A stretch of 64,000 nt of DNA from NCBI GenBank assembly GCA_045590655.1, contig JAZNRI010000070.1, positions 101,100 to 165,099 on the forward strand, written 5' to 3'. Below the pieces are notes generated by a model. It was not told the origin of the DNA and did not search any database. It worked only from the letters and a program-made list of their open reading frames with translations. The position numbers and the translations under genes are program-made. This stretch comes from Lachnospiraceae bacterium (GTDB taxonomy: Bacteria > Bacillota > Clostridia > Lachnospirales > Lachnospiraceae). Positions 50,591 to 59,263 of this stretch are shown here, one piece after another (within the stretch, counting starts at the first letter, position 1; every line of letters begins with the position of its first letter).

Positions 50591-50624
50591 AAACAGTAGT
50601 GGATAAGTGTTGTGGAGGCTTTGG

Positions 50625-52262
50625 ATGAAAACTTTTAAAATAAACAATCGAGTTATAGGTGAAGGATATCCTGCGTATATCATTGCGGAAATGTCGGCAA
50701 ATCATGCCGGCAGTATTGAGCGTGCCAAGGAAATCATTCGTGTGGCAAAAGAATCAGGCGCAGATTGTGTGAAGATTCAAACCTATACACCGGACACTTT
50801 GACGATTGATTGTGATAACGAATATTTTGCCATTACTGACGGGACGTGGAAGGGCGAAAACCTTTACGGTTTATACGGCAAAGCCTATACACCGTTGGAG
50901 TGGCAGGCAGAATTGTATGCAGAAGCAAAAAGAATCGGGATTGATTTTTTCTCGACGCCTTTTGATAATGCCACTGCAGATTTCTTGGAAAATATGGGGA
51001 TGGAATTTTATAAAATTGCATCTTTTGAGATGATTGATTTGGATTTTCTGCGTCATGTTGCGGCTAAGCAGAAGCCGATGATTGTATCGACGGGTATGTC
51101 TACCCTAGAGGAGATGAAAGAGGCTGTTAATGCTATTTATGAGACCGGAAATCATCAGCTGGCCCTTTTAAAATGTTCCAGCGCTTATCCGGCGGTGTCG
51201 GATGAAATGAATTTAAAAACCATTCAGCATATGAAGGAAGTGTTTGATATTCCCATTGGTCTTTCGGACCATTCTATGGGGTCTCTTGGTGCTGTAACGG
51301 CGGTTGCCTTGGGTGCCTGCATCATTGAGAAACATTTTTGCCTGAGCAGGGAAATTGAGAATCCGGACGCATCGTTTTCGATGACGCCGGAAGAGTTTAA
51401 ACAAATGGTGGAAGATGTTAGGGCTGTGGAACGGGCTATGGGTAAGCCTACTTACGGAATGGCCCCTTCGGAAAAAAATAATATGGTATTTCGACGATCT
51501 TTGTTTGCGGTAGCAGATATTAAAGAAGGTGAAGTTTTTACACGGGATAATATTCGCAGTATTCGTCCCGGATATGGGGTAAAACCGAAGTATCAGCAGG
51601 ATTTTCTTACTATGTGCGCAGGGAGAGATATTAAGCGCGGTGAACCTCTTCAGTTTGAACAGGTTCAAAAAGGTGCGGTATTGTTCCTTACAAATAACTC
51701 TAATACGGAAGAATTTTATAAGAAATTATGCGGCTGTGAACAACGGGTATATCGCTTTACCAATAAGTTGACTTTGGATATTATAAAAGAATTAGACCCC
51801 TCTTTTGTGGTGAGTTTCAATTATAAATATATTGTACCGGCAGATGTATTGGACTACATGAAAGGACGTATCATCAATCTGCATACTTCCTATTTGCCTT
51901 ATAATAAGGGGGCTGCGCCCAATTTCTTCTCGTTTTATGAAAATACGCCCAAAGGTGTATCTATTCATGAGATGGTTGCAGGATTGGATGAAGGAGCAAT
52001 TCTTTTGCAGAAAGAAGTTCCGATGAACGCGGAGAGTGAAACGTTTGCAACTTCTTACGATAAGCTGATGGCTGCGATAATGGAGTTGTTTTTTGATAAT
52101 TGGACTGCGTTAAAAGCCAGGAAAATAAATGCTTCCAAGCAAGTCGGGGAAGGTACGTATCATACCTCCAAAGAGTTGACTGCAATTCGAAATAAAACGG
52201 ATTTTGCATGGAATGAAAACATAGCACAAGTTTTGGACAGGATACAAAATGACGGGAATTAG
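50625..52262 (+). CDS. pseI: Pseudaminic acid synthase-SAF fused to a C-terminal N-formyltransferase
   Basis: AEMSANH, KIASFE, STGM, LKCSSAYP, SDHS, IEKHF, RRSL (SAF); then INLHTSYLP.NKG..GVSIH..GLDEG. ATG 50625 has a GGAGG RBS. Confidence 0.88.
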   Translation: MKTFKINNRVIGEGYPAYIIAEMSANHAGSIERAKEIIRVAKESGADCVKIQTYTPDTLTIDCDNEYFAITDGTWKGENLYGLYGKAYTPLEWQAELYAEAKRIGIDFFSTPFDNATADFLENMGMEFYKIASFEMIDLDFLRHVAAKQKPMIVSTGMSTLEEMKEAVNAIYETGNHQLALLKCSSAYPAVSDEMNLKTIQHMKEVFDIPIGLSDHSMGSLGAVTAVALGACIIEKHFCLSREIENPDASFSMTPEEFKQMVEDVRAVERAMGKPTYGMAPSEKNNMVFRRSLFAVADIKEGEVFTRDNIRSIRPGYGVKPKYQQDFLTMCAGRDIKRGEPLQFEQVQKGAVLFLTNNSNTEEFYKKLCGCEQRVYRFTNKLTLDIIKELDPSFVVSFNYKYIVPADVLDYMKGRIINLHTSYLPYNKGAAPNFFSFYENTPKGVSIHEMVAGLDEGAILLQKEVPMNAESETFATSYDKLMAAIMELFFDNWTALKARKINASKQVGEGTYHTSKELTAIRNKTDFAWNENIAQVLDRIQNDGN

Positions 52263-53307
52263 AGCGGACGGAAACAATCAAATAGGGATTGGGCATGTTA
52301 TGCGGTGCCTGACAATAGCTGACGCGTTGAAAAAAATCGGGGAGGATGTAATGTTCTTTACGGCGGACCATGGGTGTGAAGAAATGATTTCCGACCGGGG
52401 CTTTCGATGTCATGTGCTTGAAACTGCGTTTGATGATATGGAATCGGAGTTAGCATTGCTACAGACTGCGATGACTGAGTGGGGAGTTGACCGGTTACTG
52501 ATAGATTCATATTATGTAACGGAAGACTATTTGAAGGATTTGCGGGAGCAGGCTGTCACGGTCTATCTGGATGATGTGGACAGCTTTCCGTATCCGGTGG
52601 ATTTGCTGGTGAATTACAATGTATTTGCCGAGGCTTTAGATTATCCATACGGTATTGAATATGAAGAAAACGGAAAGAACGGTAGTATTGTAAAAGAAGA
52701 TATCACACTTGTGCTTGCAGGGCCGAAGTATGCACCGGTGCGTAAAGAATTTGCTGCTTGCCGGACCAAAATAAACGATGCTGTTTCGGAGATACTGATT
52801 ACATTGGGCGGAAGTGATGCATATAATCTGTCATATAAGATAAGTAAGGCACTTTTAAAAGCTACGGATGCCCGTTTAAACGTTGTGTGCGGACCTTTTA
52901 ACCTGCATAAGCAGGCTTTGCATGAGTTGGCCGCAAATGAGCCGAGAGTGATGGTTTATGAAAATGTGAAAGATATGTGGAATCTAATGCGGAAATGTGA
53001 TTTGGCAGTCTCTGCTGCCGGCTCTACTATGTGTGAACTGGCTGTGGCAGGTGTGCCTGCGATAACATTTTCCTTTGTGGAGAATCAAAAAAGGATTGCA
53101 GAGGCTTTCGGTAAGGAAAAGGCAGCGGTTACAATCGGACATTATGAGCCGAAAACAGAAGAACTTTTTTTGCGAGTGATAGCGGATGAATCGGAGATGC
53201 TTATATCTGATAAGGAAAAACGTGAGGCTCTTGTACAAAGAGCTTGCGAAATGGTGGATGGTCAAGGCGCCATACGTATTGCACGGGCGATTGTGGGATA
53301 TAAATAA
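52249..53307 (+). CDS. pseG: UDP-2,4-diacetamido-2,4,6-trideoxy-beta-L-altropyranose hydrolase
   Basis: IRADG..IGIGHVMRC, IDSY, YLDD, GPKYA.VR.EF, TLGGSD, SAAGST..E, ENQ, VDGQGA.RI. Confidence 0.88.
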   Translation: MTGIRADGNNQIGIGHVMRCLTIADALKKIGEDVMFFTADHGCEEMISDRGFRCHVLETAFDDMESELALLQTAMTEWGVDRLLIDSYYVTEDYLKDLREQAVTVYLDDVDSFPYPVDLLVNYNVFAEALDYPYGIEYEENGKNGSIVKEDITLVLAGPKYAPVRKEFAACRTKINDAVSEILITLGGSDAYNLSYKISKALLKATDARLNVVCGPFNLHKQALHELAANEPRVMVYENVKDMWNLMRKCDLAVSAAGSTMCELAVAGVPAITFSFVENQKRIAEAFGKEKAAVTIGHYEPKTEELFLRVIADESEMLISDKEKREALVQRACEMVDGQGAIRIARAIVGYK

Positions 53308-53386
53308 GGTGATTTAGATTAATATATTGGTAAAGCATGAAAAGATAAGCCGGTTATAATCAAATTAAAAAGAAAGGAGTGACGAT

Positions 53387-54166
53387 ATGGTAGGTGCAGA
53401 CGGTTCTGCGTTGATGATGTTAAAAATGTATGGCGGTAATTGCAGTCTTATTTTGCTTTTTGTTGCTTCTTTGATTTATTTGTGGATTGTGGAGAAAAAC
53501 AAAGGGCGTAAAGCAATTCTTGTATATGTGTCAGTGGCGATCCTGGCGTTATTTCTGTTCCCGGTTTTGTCTTATTTTGTGGTAAGTGTACTAAATGAGG
53601 AAGAGATTTATTACAGAATTTTATGGGCATTGCCCATGGGAATAGTTATATCTTATGCGGCTGTAAAGTTTTTGTCGGCATTAAAAAAGAAGTGGTTACA
53701 GGCAGGGTTATTACTTTTGCTGGCGGCTTATATTATGATTGGTGGGCATTTGGTATATAAAAGTCCGCAGTTCAGTAAGGCAGAGAATATGTATCAGGTG
53801 CCAGATGCTGTTGTTAATATTTGTGATTATATTGTAATTCCGGGACGTGAAATTAAGGCTGCATTTCCGCCGGAACTGATACAGTATGTCCGACAGTATT
53901 CACCGTTTGTTGTTATGCCTTATGGATATGATTCGCTGGTGGAACGCTGGCGGCTGGGCAATGAGTTAGAAGAAGAGATGTCTAAAGAAATCTCGGATGC
54001 GGATTGTGTAACTAAATTGGCAAGGGAATATGGTTGCCATTATGTGATTATAAATCAGAATCATGTGATGAATGGCGATATGGCGGATGGAAATTTCTCC
54101 CTTGTATTTCAAACGTCGGGATATGATATTTATGTAGATGATTACGCGGATTTGTGGGTGCCTTAG
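53387..54166 (+). CDS. Membrane protein resembling the C-terminal half of a GT-C-type protein
   Basis: Four TMs with YYRILWALP, then soluble AEN.YQVP..YVRQY domain; AGAAAGGAG RBS. Confidence 0.5.
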   Translation: MVGADGSALMMLKMYGGNCSLILLFVASLIYLWIVEKNKGRKAILVYVSVAILALFLFPVLSYFVVSVLNEEEIYYRILWALPMGIVISYAAVKFLSALKKKWLQAGLLLLLAAYIMIGGHLVYKSPQFSKAENMYQVPDAVVNICDYIVIPGREIKAAFPPELIQYVRQYSPFVVMPYGYDSLVERWRLGNELEEEMSKEISDADCVTKLAREYGCHYVIINQNHVMNGDMADGNFSLVFQTSGYDIYVDDYADLWVP

Positions 54167-54192
54167 AGGATTGGCATAATATATGAAAAGTG

Positions 54193-54221
54193 TAGATTTC
54201 TTGTGTGTTTTATGTTATAAT
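54193..54221 (+). promoter_or_regulatory. Extended -10 promoter of the rml-wzm-wzt operon
   Basis: TGTTATAAT at 54213-54221; weak -35 TAGATT at 17 nt. Confidence 0.55.
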
Positions 54222-54276
54222 AATTGCTAATATGTTTTGGGAAAATGAGTAGAAAGAACCTAAAAGGAGATAAAAG

Positions 54277-55356
54277 ATGAGAACTTATCTTGTGACAGGC
54301 GGTGCCGGATTTATCGGTTCCAACTATATTCACTATATGTTTGAAAAATACGGCGATGATATCCGCATTATTAATGTGGATGCTTTGACATATGCAGGTA
54401 ACCTTGAAAATTTGAAAGCAGTAGAGAATCGTTCTAATTATACATTTGTAAAAGCAGATATTACAGACAAAGATGCAATCGGTAAGATTTTTGCGGAGAA
54501 TGATATCGACAGAGTGGTGCATTTTGCGGCAGAAAGTCACGTAGACAGAAGCATCCGTAATCCGGAAGTCTTCGTGAAGACTAATGTGATTGGTACAGCG
54601 GTTATGCTTAACTGTGCGAAGGCAGCTTGGGAATTGCCTGACGGTGGATTTAAGGAAGGCAAGAAATTCCTTCATGTGTCTACGGATGAGGTATATGGTT
54701 CATTGCCTGATGATGAGAATGCATTCTTTTATGAGACATCACCTTACGATCCTCACTCGCCGTATTCGGCAAGTAAAGCAGGTTCGGACATGCTTGTGAA
54801 GTCTTATATGGATACCTATAAGTTCCCGGCAAACATTACAAATTGTTCAAATAATTACGGACCGTTCCAGTTTCCTGAGAAGTTGATTCCGTTGATTATC
54901 AACAATGCGCTTCAGGGCAAGAAGTTACCGGTATACGGTGATGGCAAGAACGTGCGTGACTGGTTATATGTAAGAGACCATGCGAAAGCCATTGATATGG
55001 TTCAGGAAAAGGGTAAACTTTTTGAAACATATAACGTAGGCGGTCATAACGAAAAACAGAATATCCAGATTATTGAAATTATTCTGGAAACTTTACAGGA
55101 AATGCTTCCTGATAATGATCCCCGTAAGGCGCATGTAAGCAAGGAATTAATTACTTACGTGGAAGACCGTAAGGGCCATGACAGACGTTATGCCATTGCA
55201 CCGGACAAGATTCGTGCAGACCTCGGCTGGGAGCCTGAAACAATGTTTAAGGACGGCATTAGGCTGACCATACAGTGGTATTTTGAGAACGAAGACTGGA
55301 TGAAGCGTGTAACCAGCGGTGACTACCAGAAATACTACGAAGAAATGTATCAATAA
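54277..55356 (+). CDS. rmlB: dTDP-glucose 4,6-dehydratase
   Basis: TGGAGFIGSN, D.LTYAGN, AAESHVDRSI, VSTDEVYG, SPYSASK, NNYGP.QFPEK, DR.GHDRRYA. Confidence 0.97.
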   Translation: MRTYLVTGGAGFIGSNYIHYMFEKYGDDIRIINVDALTYAGNLENLKAVENRSNYTFVKADITDKDAIGKIFAENDIDRVVHFAAESHVDRSIRNPEVFVKTNVIGTAVMLNCAKAAWELPDGGFKEGKKFLHVSTDEVYGSLPDDENAFFYETSPYDPHSPYSASKAGSDMLVKSYMDTYKFPANITNCSNNYGPFQFPEKLIPLIINNALQGKKLPVYGDGKNVRDWLYVRDHAKAIDMVQEKGKLFETYNVGGHNEKQNIQIIEIILETLQEMLPDNDPRKAHVSKELITYVEDRKGHDRRYAIAPDKIRADLGWEPETMFKDGIRLTIQWYFENEDWMKRVTSGDYQKYYEEMYQ

Positions 55357-55415
55357 AATTATAAATGGGGACGGTGAACGCCGTTCCCATTCAGTGCGTA
55401 TAAAAGGAGACAAAA

Positions 55416-56285
55416 ATGAAGGGAATTATTCTTGCAGGAGGGTCCGGAACCAGACTTTATCCCCTGACCAAAGCGATTTCAAAACAGATTATGCCGGTAT
55501 ATGACAAGCCGATGATTTACTATCCTTTGTCTATCTTAATGTTGGCAGGAATTCAGGACATTTTAATTATTTCCACTCCGAGGGATTTGCCTGTTTTTAA
55601 GGATTTGTTCGGAGACGGTTCGCAGCTTGGACTTCGTATGGAATACGCTGTGCAGGAGTATCCGAGAGGTTTGGCGGATGCTTTTATCATCGGTGCTGAT
55701 TTTATCGGTGATGACAGCGTGGCACTGATTCTTGGAGATAATATTTTTTACGGACAGAGCTTCTCGAGAGTATTGCGTGAAGTGGTAGCGCAGGAGAAGG
55801 GCGCAACGATTTTCGGATACTATGTGCGTGATCCCAGAGAGTATGGTGTGGTTGAATTTGATGAAAACGGAAAGGCATTATCTATCGAAGAGAAACCGGA
55901 ACATCCGAAGAGTAATTATGCGGTGCCGGGCTTGTATTTCTACGATAATGACGTAGTGGAAATTGCCAAGAATGTAAAACCTTCTGCGCGCGGTGAAATC
56001 GAAATCACCAGCATCAACAATGAATATTTAAGACGTGGTGAGTTGAATGTAAGAACCTTGGGACGCGGTTTTGCATGGTTGGATACGGGAAATCATGATG
56101 CGCTTTTGGATGCTTCTGATTTTGTGGCTGCTTTTCAGAAACGCCAGGGATTATACATTTCCTGTATTGAAGAAATTGCGTTTAAACGTGGTTTTATTAC
56201 CAGAGAACAGTTGCTGGCTTTGGCAGAGCCTTTGATGAAAACTGCTTACGGCCAGTATTTAGTTGAGGTCGCAAACGGATTATAA
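55416..56285 (+). CDS. rmlA: Glucose-1-phosphate thymidylyltransferase
   Basis: [47 protein letters not shown]. Confidence 0.97.
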   Translation: MKGIILAGGSGTRLYPLTKAISKQIMPVYDKPMIYYPLSILMLAGIQDILIISTPRDLPVFKDLFGDGSQLGLRMEYAVQEYPRGLADAFIIGADFIGDDSVALILGDNIFYGQSFSRVLREVVAQEKGATIFGYYVRDPREYGVVEFDENGKALSIEEKPEHPKSNYAVPGLYFYDNDVVEIAKNVKPSARGEIEITSINNEYLRRGELNVRTLGRGFAWLDTGNHDALLDASDFVAAFQKRQGLYISCIEEIAFKRGFITREQLLALAEPLMKTAYGQYLVEVANGL

Positions 56286-56310
56286 AAGTTGTGAAGGCAG
56301 AGGTGCAACG

Positions 56311-57528
56311 ATGGATAAAAAAATAAGGAATGCAGCAATTGCATCCGTGATTGTGGCTGCGCTTCTGATTGTGTCGACGGTTTTGCTTGTAAACATTTTA
56401 CAGAATCCGAGCAAAGACTCGCAGCAGGTATCAGAAACGATTAGTGAAGATGTGAGTGAGGAAAACGATCAAAAAGGCTTTTTAAACGATCCAACCTTTT
56501 TGGATGAGTATCAGCCCTTTGCAGGAGAAGTCCGTGAGGATGGAAAAGTAAAACTGAATCTTCTTGTGAGTTCTGTAGAGCGCGATTTGCGAGTTATGGT
56601 GATTGATGAGCAGGGCTCGGCCGTGGAAGGTGAGAAATTTTTTGTTACGGTAGATGGTATCGGCGAGTACAAGGATTTGGACGCGGACGGTTTTATTTAT
56701 ATCGGCGGTATTAAGCCGGGCAGTTACTATGTTTCGCTGAGAGAAATCGGTGATTATGAAGTGCCTGACAAAGTGAAGGTCAACGTCAAAGATAAAATAG
56801 AATTTGTGAAACTGGATGATATTTCATACCTGATTAAGACAGAAGATGAAATTGATGCCGAAGCGGAAGATACTGCAAATCATCAGGTGGATGCGGATGA
56901 AAGCGAGCATACGGGCGCCTGGGACAGTGAACAGAATGCTGTATTGGGAATTGACGTATCTAAGTGGAACCAGAATATTGATTGGAATAAAGTGAAAGAA
57001 GCGGGAGTCCGGTTTGTAATTATCCGATGCGGATACCGTGGTTCCAAGACGGGTGTATTAGTAGAGGATCCTTATTTCAGACAGAATATTAAAGGGGCGA
57101 AAGAAGCCGGACTGAAGGTAGGTGTATACTTCTTTACACAGGCAATCAATCAGGCTGAAGCTGTGGAAGAAGCCAGTATGGTACTTAGCCTTACGGAAGG
57201 ATATGAACTGGATTATCCGATTTTTATTGATACGGAAGGTTCCGGCGGTCGCGCTGATACTTTGGATGCAATAACAAGAACCGCCGTATGTGAGGCATTC
57301 TGCGAAACGGTCGAACAGGCCGGGCAGGAAGCGGGCGTTTATGCCAGCCGTAACTGGTATTATAATAACGTGGATGATGATTTGTTATCCCGTTATACAA
57401 TTTGGGTTGCGGAGTATCGTAAGGAGCCGTTATACACGGGCAGATATGACATTTGGCAATATACATCTTCCGGTCAGATTGACGGTATTAACGGAAGAGT
57501 AGATTTAAACTTATCATACATTCATTAA
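56311..57528 (+). CDS. Membrane-anchored GH25 lysozyme
   Basis: Short basic N-terminus plus TM; GIDVSKWN, IRCGYRG, PIFIDTE, WQYTS.G. ATG 56311 has a GAGGT RBS. Confidence 0.9.
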   Translation: MDKKIRNAAIASVIVAALLIVSTVLLVNILQNPSKDSQQVSETISEDVSEENDQKGFLNDPTFLDEYQPFAGEVREDGKVKLNLLVSSVERDLRVMVIDEQGSAVEGEKFFVTVDGIGEYKDLDADGFIYIGGIKPGSYYVSLREIGDYEVPDKVKVNVKDKIEFVKLDDISYLIKTEDEIDAEAEDTANHQVDADESEHTGAWDSEQNAVLGIDVSKWNQNIDWNKVKEAGVRFVIIRCGYRGSKTGVLVEDPYFRQNIKGAKEAGLKVGVYFFTQAINQAEAVEEASMVLSLTEGYELDYPIFIDTEGSGGRADTLDAITRTAVCEAFCETVEQAGQEAGVYASRNWYYNNVDDDLLSRYTIWVAEYRKEPLYTGRYDIWQYTSSGQIDGINGRVDLNLSYIH

Positions 57529-57645
57529 GCAAAAGTCATAATTGTAAGAAGTGTATGTTAAGGTGTATGTATGGATACTGCTGATTATCTAAGAACGAAT
57601 TAGCAGATTATAAAAGATTGAAATGACAGAAAAGAGGAAGTAATA

Positions 57646-58197
57646 ATGGGTAAATTTCAAGTGGAAAACTGTGAAATAGAAGGATTAAAAGTAATTACAC
57701 CTACGGTGTTCGGTGACGAACGCGGATATTTTATGGAGACTTATCAGTACGAGGATTTTAAGGCGGCAGGCATTGATGTTACCTTTGTACAGGACAACCA
57801 GTCTGCATCCAAGAAGGGCGTACTTCGTGGATTGCACTTCCAGATCAACTTCCCGCAGGATAAGCTGGTACGTGTAATCAGTGGTGAAGTGTTTGATGTG
57901 GCAGTGGATTTAAGAGAAGGTTCGCCGACTTACGGACAGTGGCACGGCGAGCTGTTATCGGCAGAGAATAAAAAACAATTCTTTATTCCGAAGGGATTTG
58001 CGCATGGTTTCGTAGTCCTTTCTGATTATGCGGAATTCTTTTATAAATGTACGGATTACTACCATGCGAATGATGAGGGTGGCTTGCTTTGGAACGATCC
58101 CGAAATTGGCGTAAAATGGCCGATACCGGAAGGCATGGAGCTTACTATTTCTGACAAAGATAAAAAATGGGGTTCTATCAAGGACTTAAAGAAATAA
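57646..58197 (+). CDS. rmlC: dTDP-4-dehydrorhamnose 3,5-epimerase
   Basis: DERGYF, QDNQS.S.KGVLRGLHFQ, DLREGSPT, GFAHGF. Confidence 0.97.
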   Translation: MGKFQVENCEIEGLKVITPTVFGDERGYFMETYQYEDFKAAGIDVTFVQDNQSASKKGVLRGLHFQINFPQDKLVRVISGEVFDVAVDLREGSPTYGQWHGELLSAENKKQFFIPKGFAHGFVVLSDYAEFFYKCTDYYHANDEGGLLWNDPEIGVKWPIPEGMELTISDKDKKWGSIKDLKK

Positions 58198-58231
58198 GAC
58201 AAGAGAGATCTTTGAGAGAAAGGAAACGGAT

Positions 58232-59245
58232 ATGGCAGAGAGTGGTGTGGCCGTAAAGAAAGGTTTTCCGAAGTGGTTGGGAATTACATTAACCATTGTG
58301 ATTGCGGTAATTATGGCGACAATTATATTGTTGCATCATAATCCGCTGGCAGACCCGCAGGAAGAAAACGTAAAGAAAGCACTTGCGTGCGGTATTATTG
58401 CGGTGGCGGTAATCGGAATTACGGTTTTATATGATAAAATTATGATTTTGCCTCAGGAATTGTGGCAGAATCGAAAGTTAATATGGAAACTTGCAAAGAA
58501 TGATTTTAAGACCCGATATGCAGGCTCAACCATGGGGCGTGTATGGGCGTTTGTACAGCCTGTAGTAACCGTGTTAATGTATTATTTCGTGTTTGGTGTA
58601 ATTTTTCCGGCAAGAGCACAGTTGGTAGCGAGCGGAATTGAGGCTCCTTATGTAGTTTGGCTGACGGCAGGACTTGTTCCCTGGTTTTATTTTTCGGAGG
58701 CCTTGGGCAACGGTACTTCCGCGCTGATGGAATACAACTATTTGGTAAAACAGGTTGTATTTAAAATCAGTATATTACCGATTATTAAAGTAATTGCAGC
58801 GACTTTTATTCATATTGCATTTGCGGGAATCCTGTTAGTTTTATATTTCTGCTACGGATTTGCACCGAGCTTGTATTTGTTGCAGTTAGTGTATTTTAGT
58901 TTTTGTATGTTTATTCTGGTGCTCGCAATCAGCTATACGACCTGCGCGGTTGTAGTATTTTTTAAGGATTTGACACAGATTATTCAGATTGTATTGCAGG
59001 TGGGAATGTGGGCGACTCCGATCCTTTGGGATTTAACCTACTTGCCGGAGAAGTACAGAATTTTCTTCAAGCTGAATCCGGTATACTATATTGTGAACGG
59101 ATATCGCAGTGCATTGTTTGAACAGCAGTGGTTTTGGTCAGATTTTTATTCCACGATGTTTTTCTGGATTACAACGGTTGTCATTTTTGCAATCGGTACC
59201 TTGGTGTTTAAGCGATTGAAGGTGCATTTTGCAGATGTTTTATAG
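58232..59245 (+). CDS. wzm: Polysaccharide ABC transporter permease with N-terminal extension
   Basis: FKTRYAGS..G..WA..QP, GLVPW.YF, YLVKQV.F, TPILW, LNP.YYIV.GYR. Confidence 0.9.
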   Translation: MAESGVAVKKGFPKWLGITLTIVIAVIMATIILLHHNPLADPQEENVKKALACGIIAVAVIGITVLYDKIMILPQELWQNRKLIWKLAKNDFKTRYAGSTMGRVWAFVQPVVTVLMYYFVFGVIFPARAQLVASGIEAPYVVWLTAGLVPWFYFSEALGNGTSALMEYNYLVKQVVFKISILPIIKVIAATFIHIAFAGILLVLYFCYGFAPSLYLLQLVYFSFCMFILVLAISYTTCAVVVFFKDLTQIIQIVLQVGMWATPILWDLTYLPEKYRIFFKLNPVYYIVNGYRSALFEQQWFWSDFYSTMFFWITTVVIFAIGTLVFKRLKVHFADVL

Positions 59246-59263
59246 AAAGGTTTAGAAACTGGT

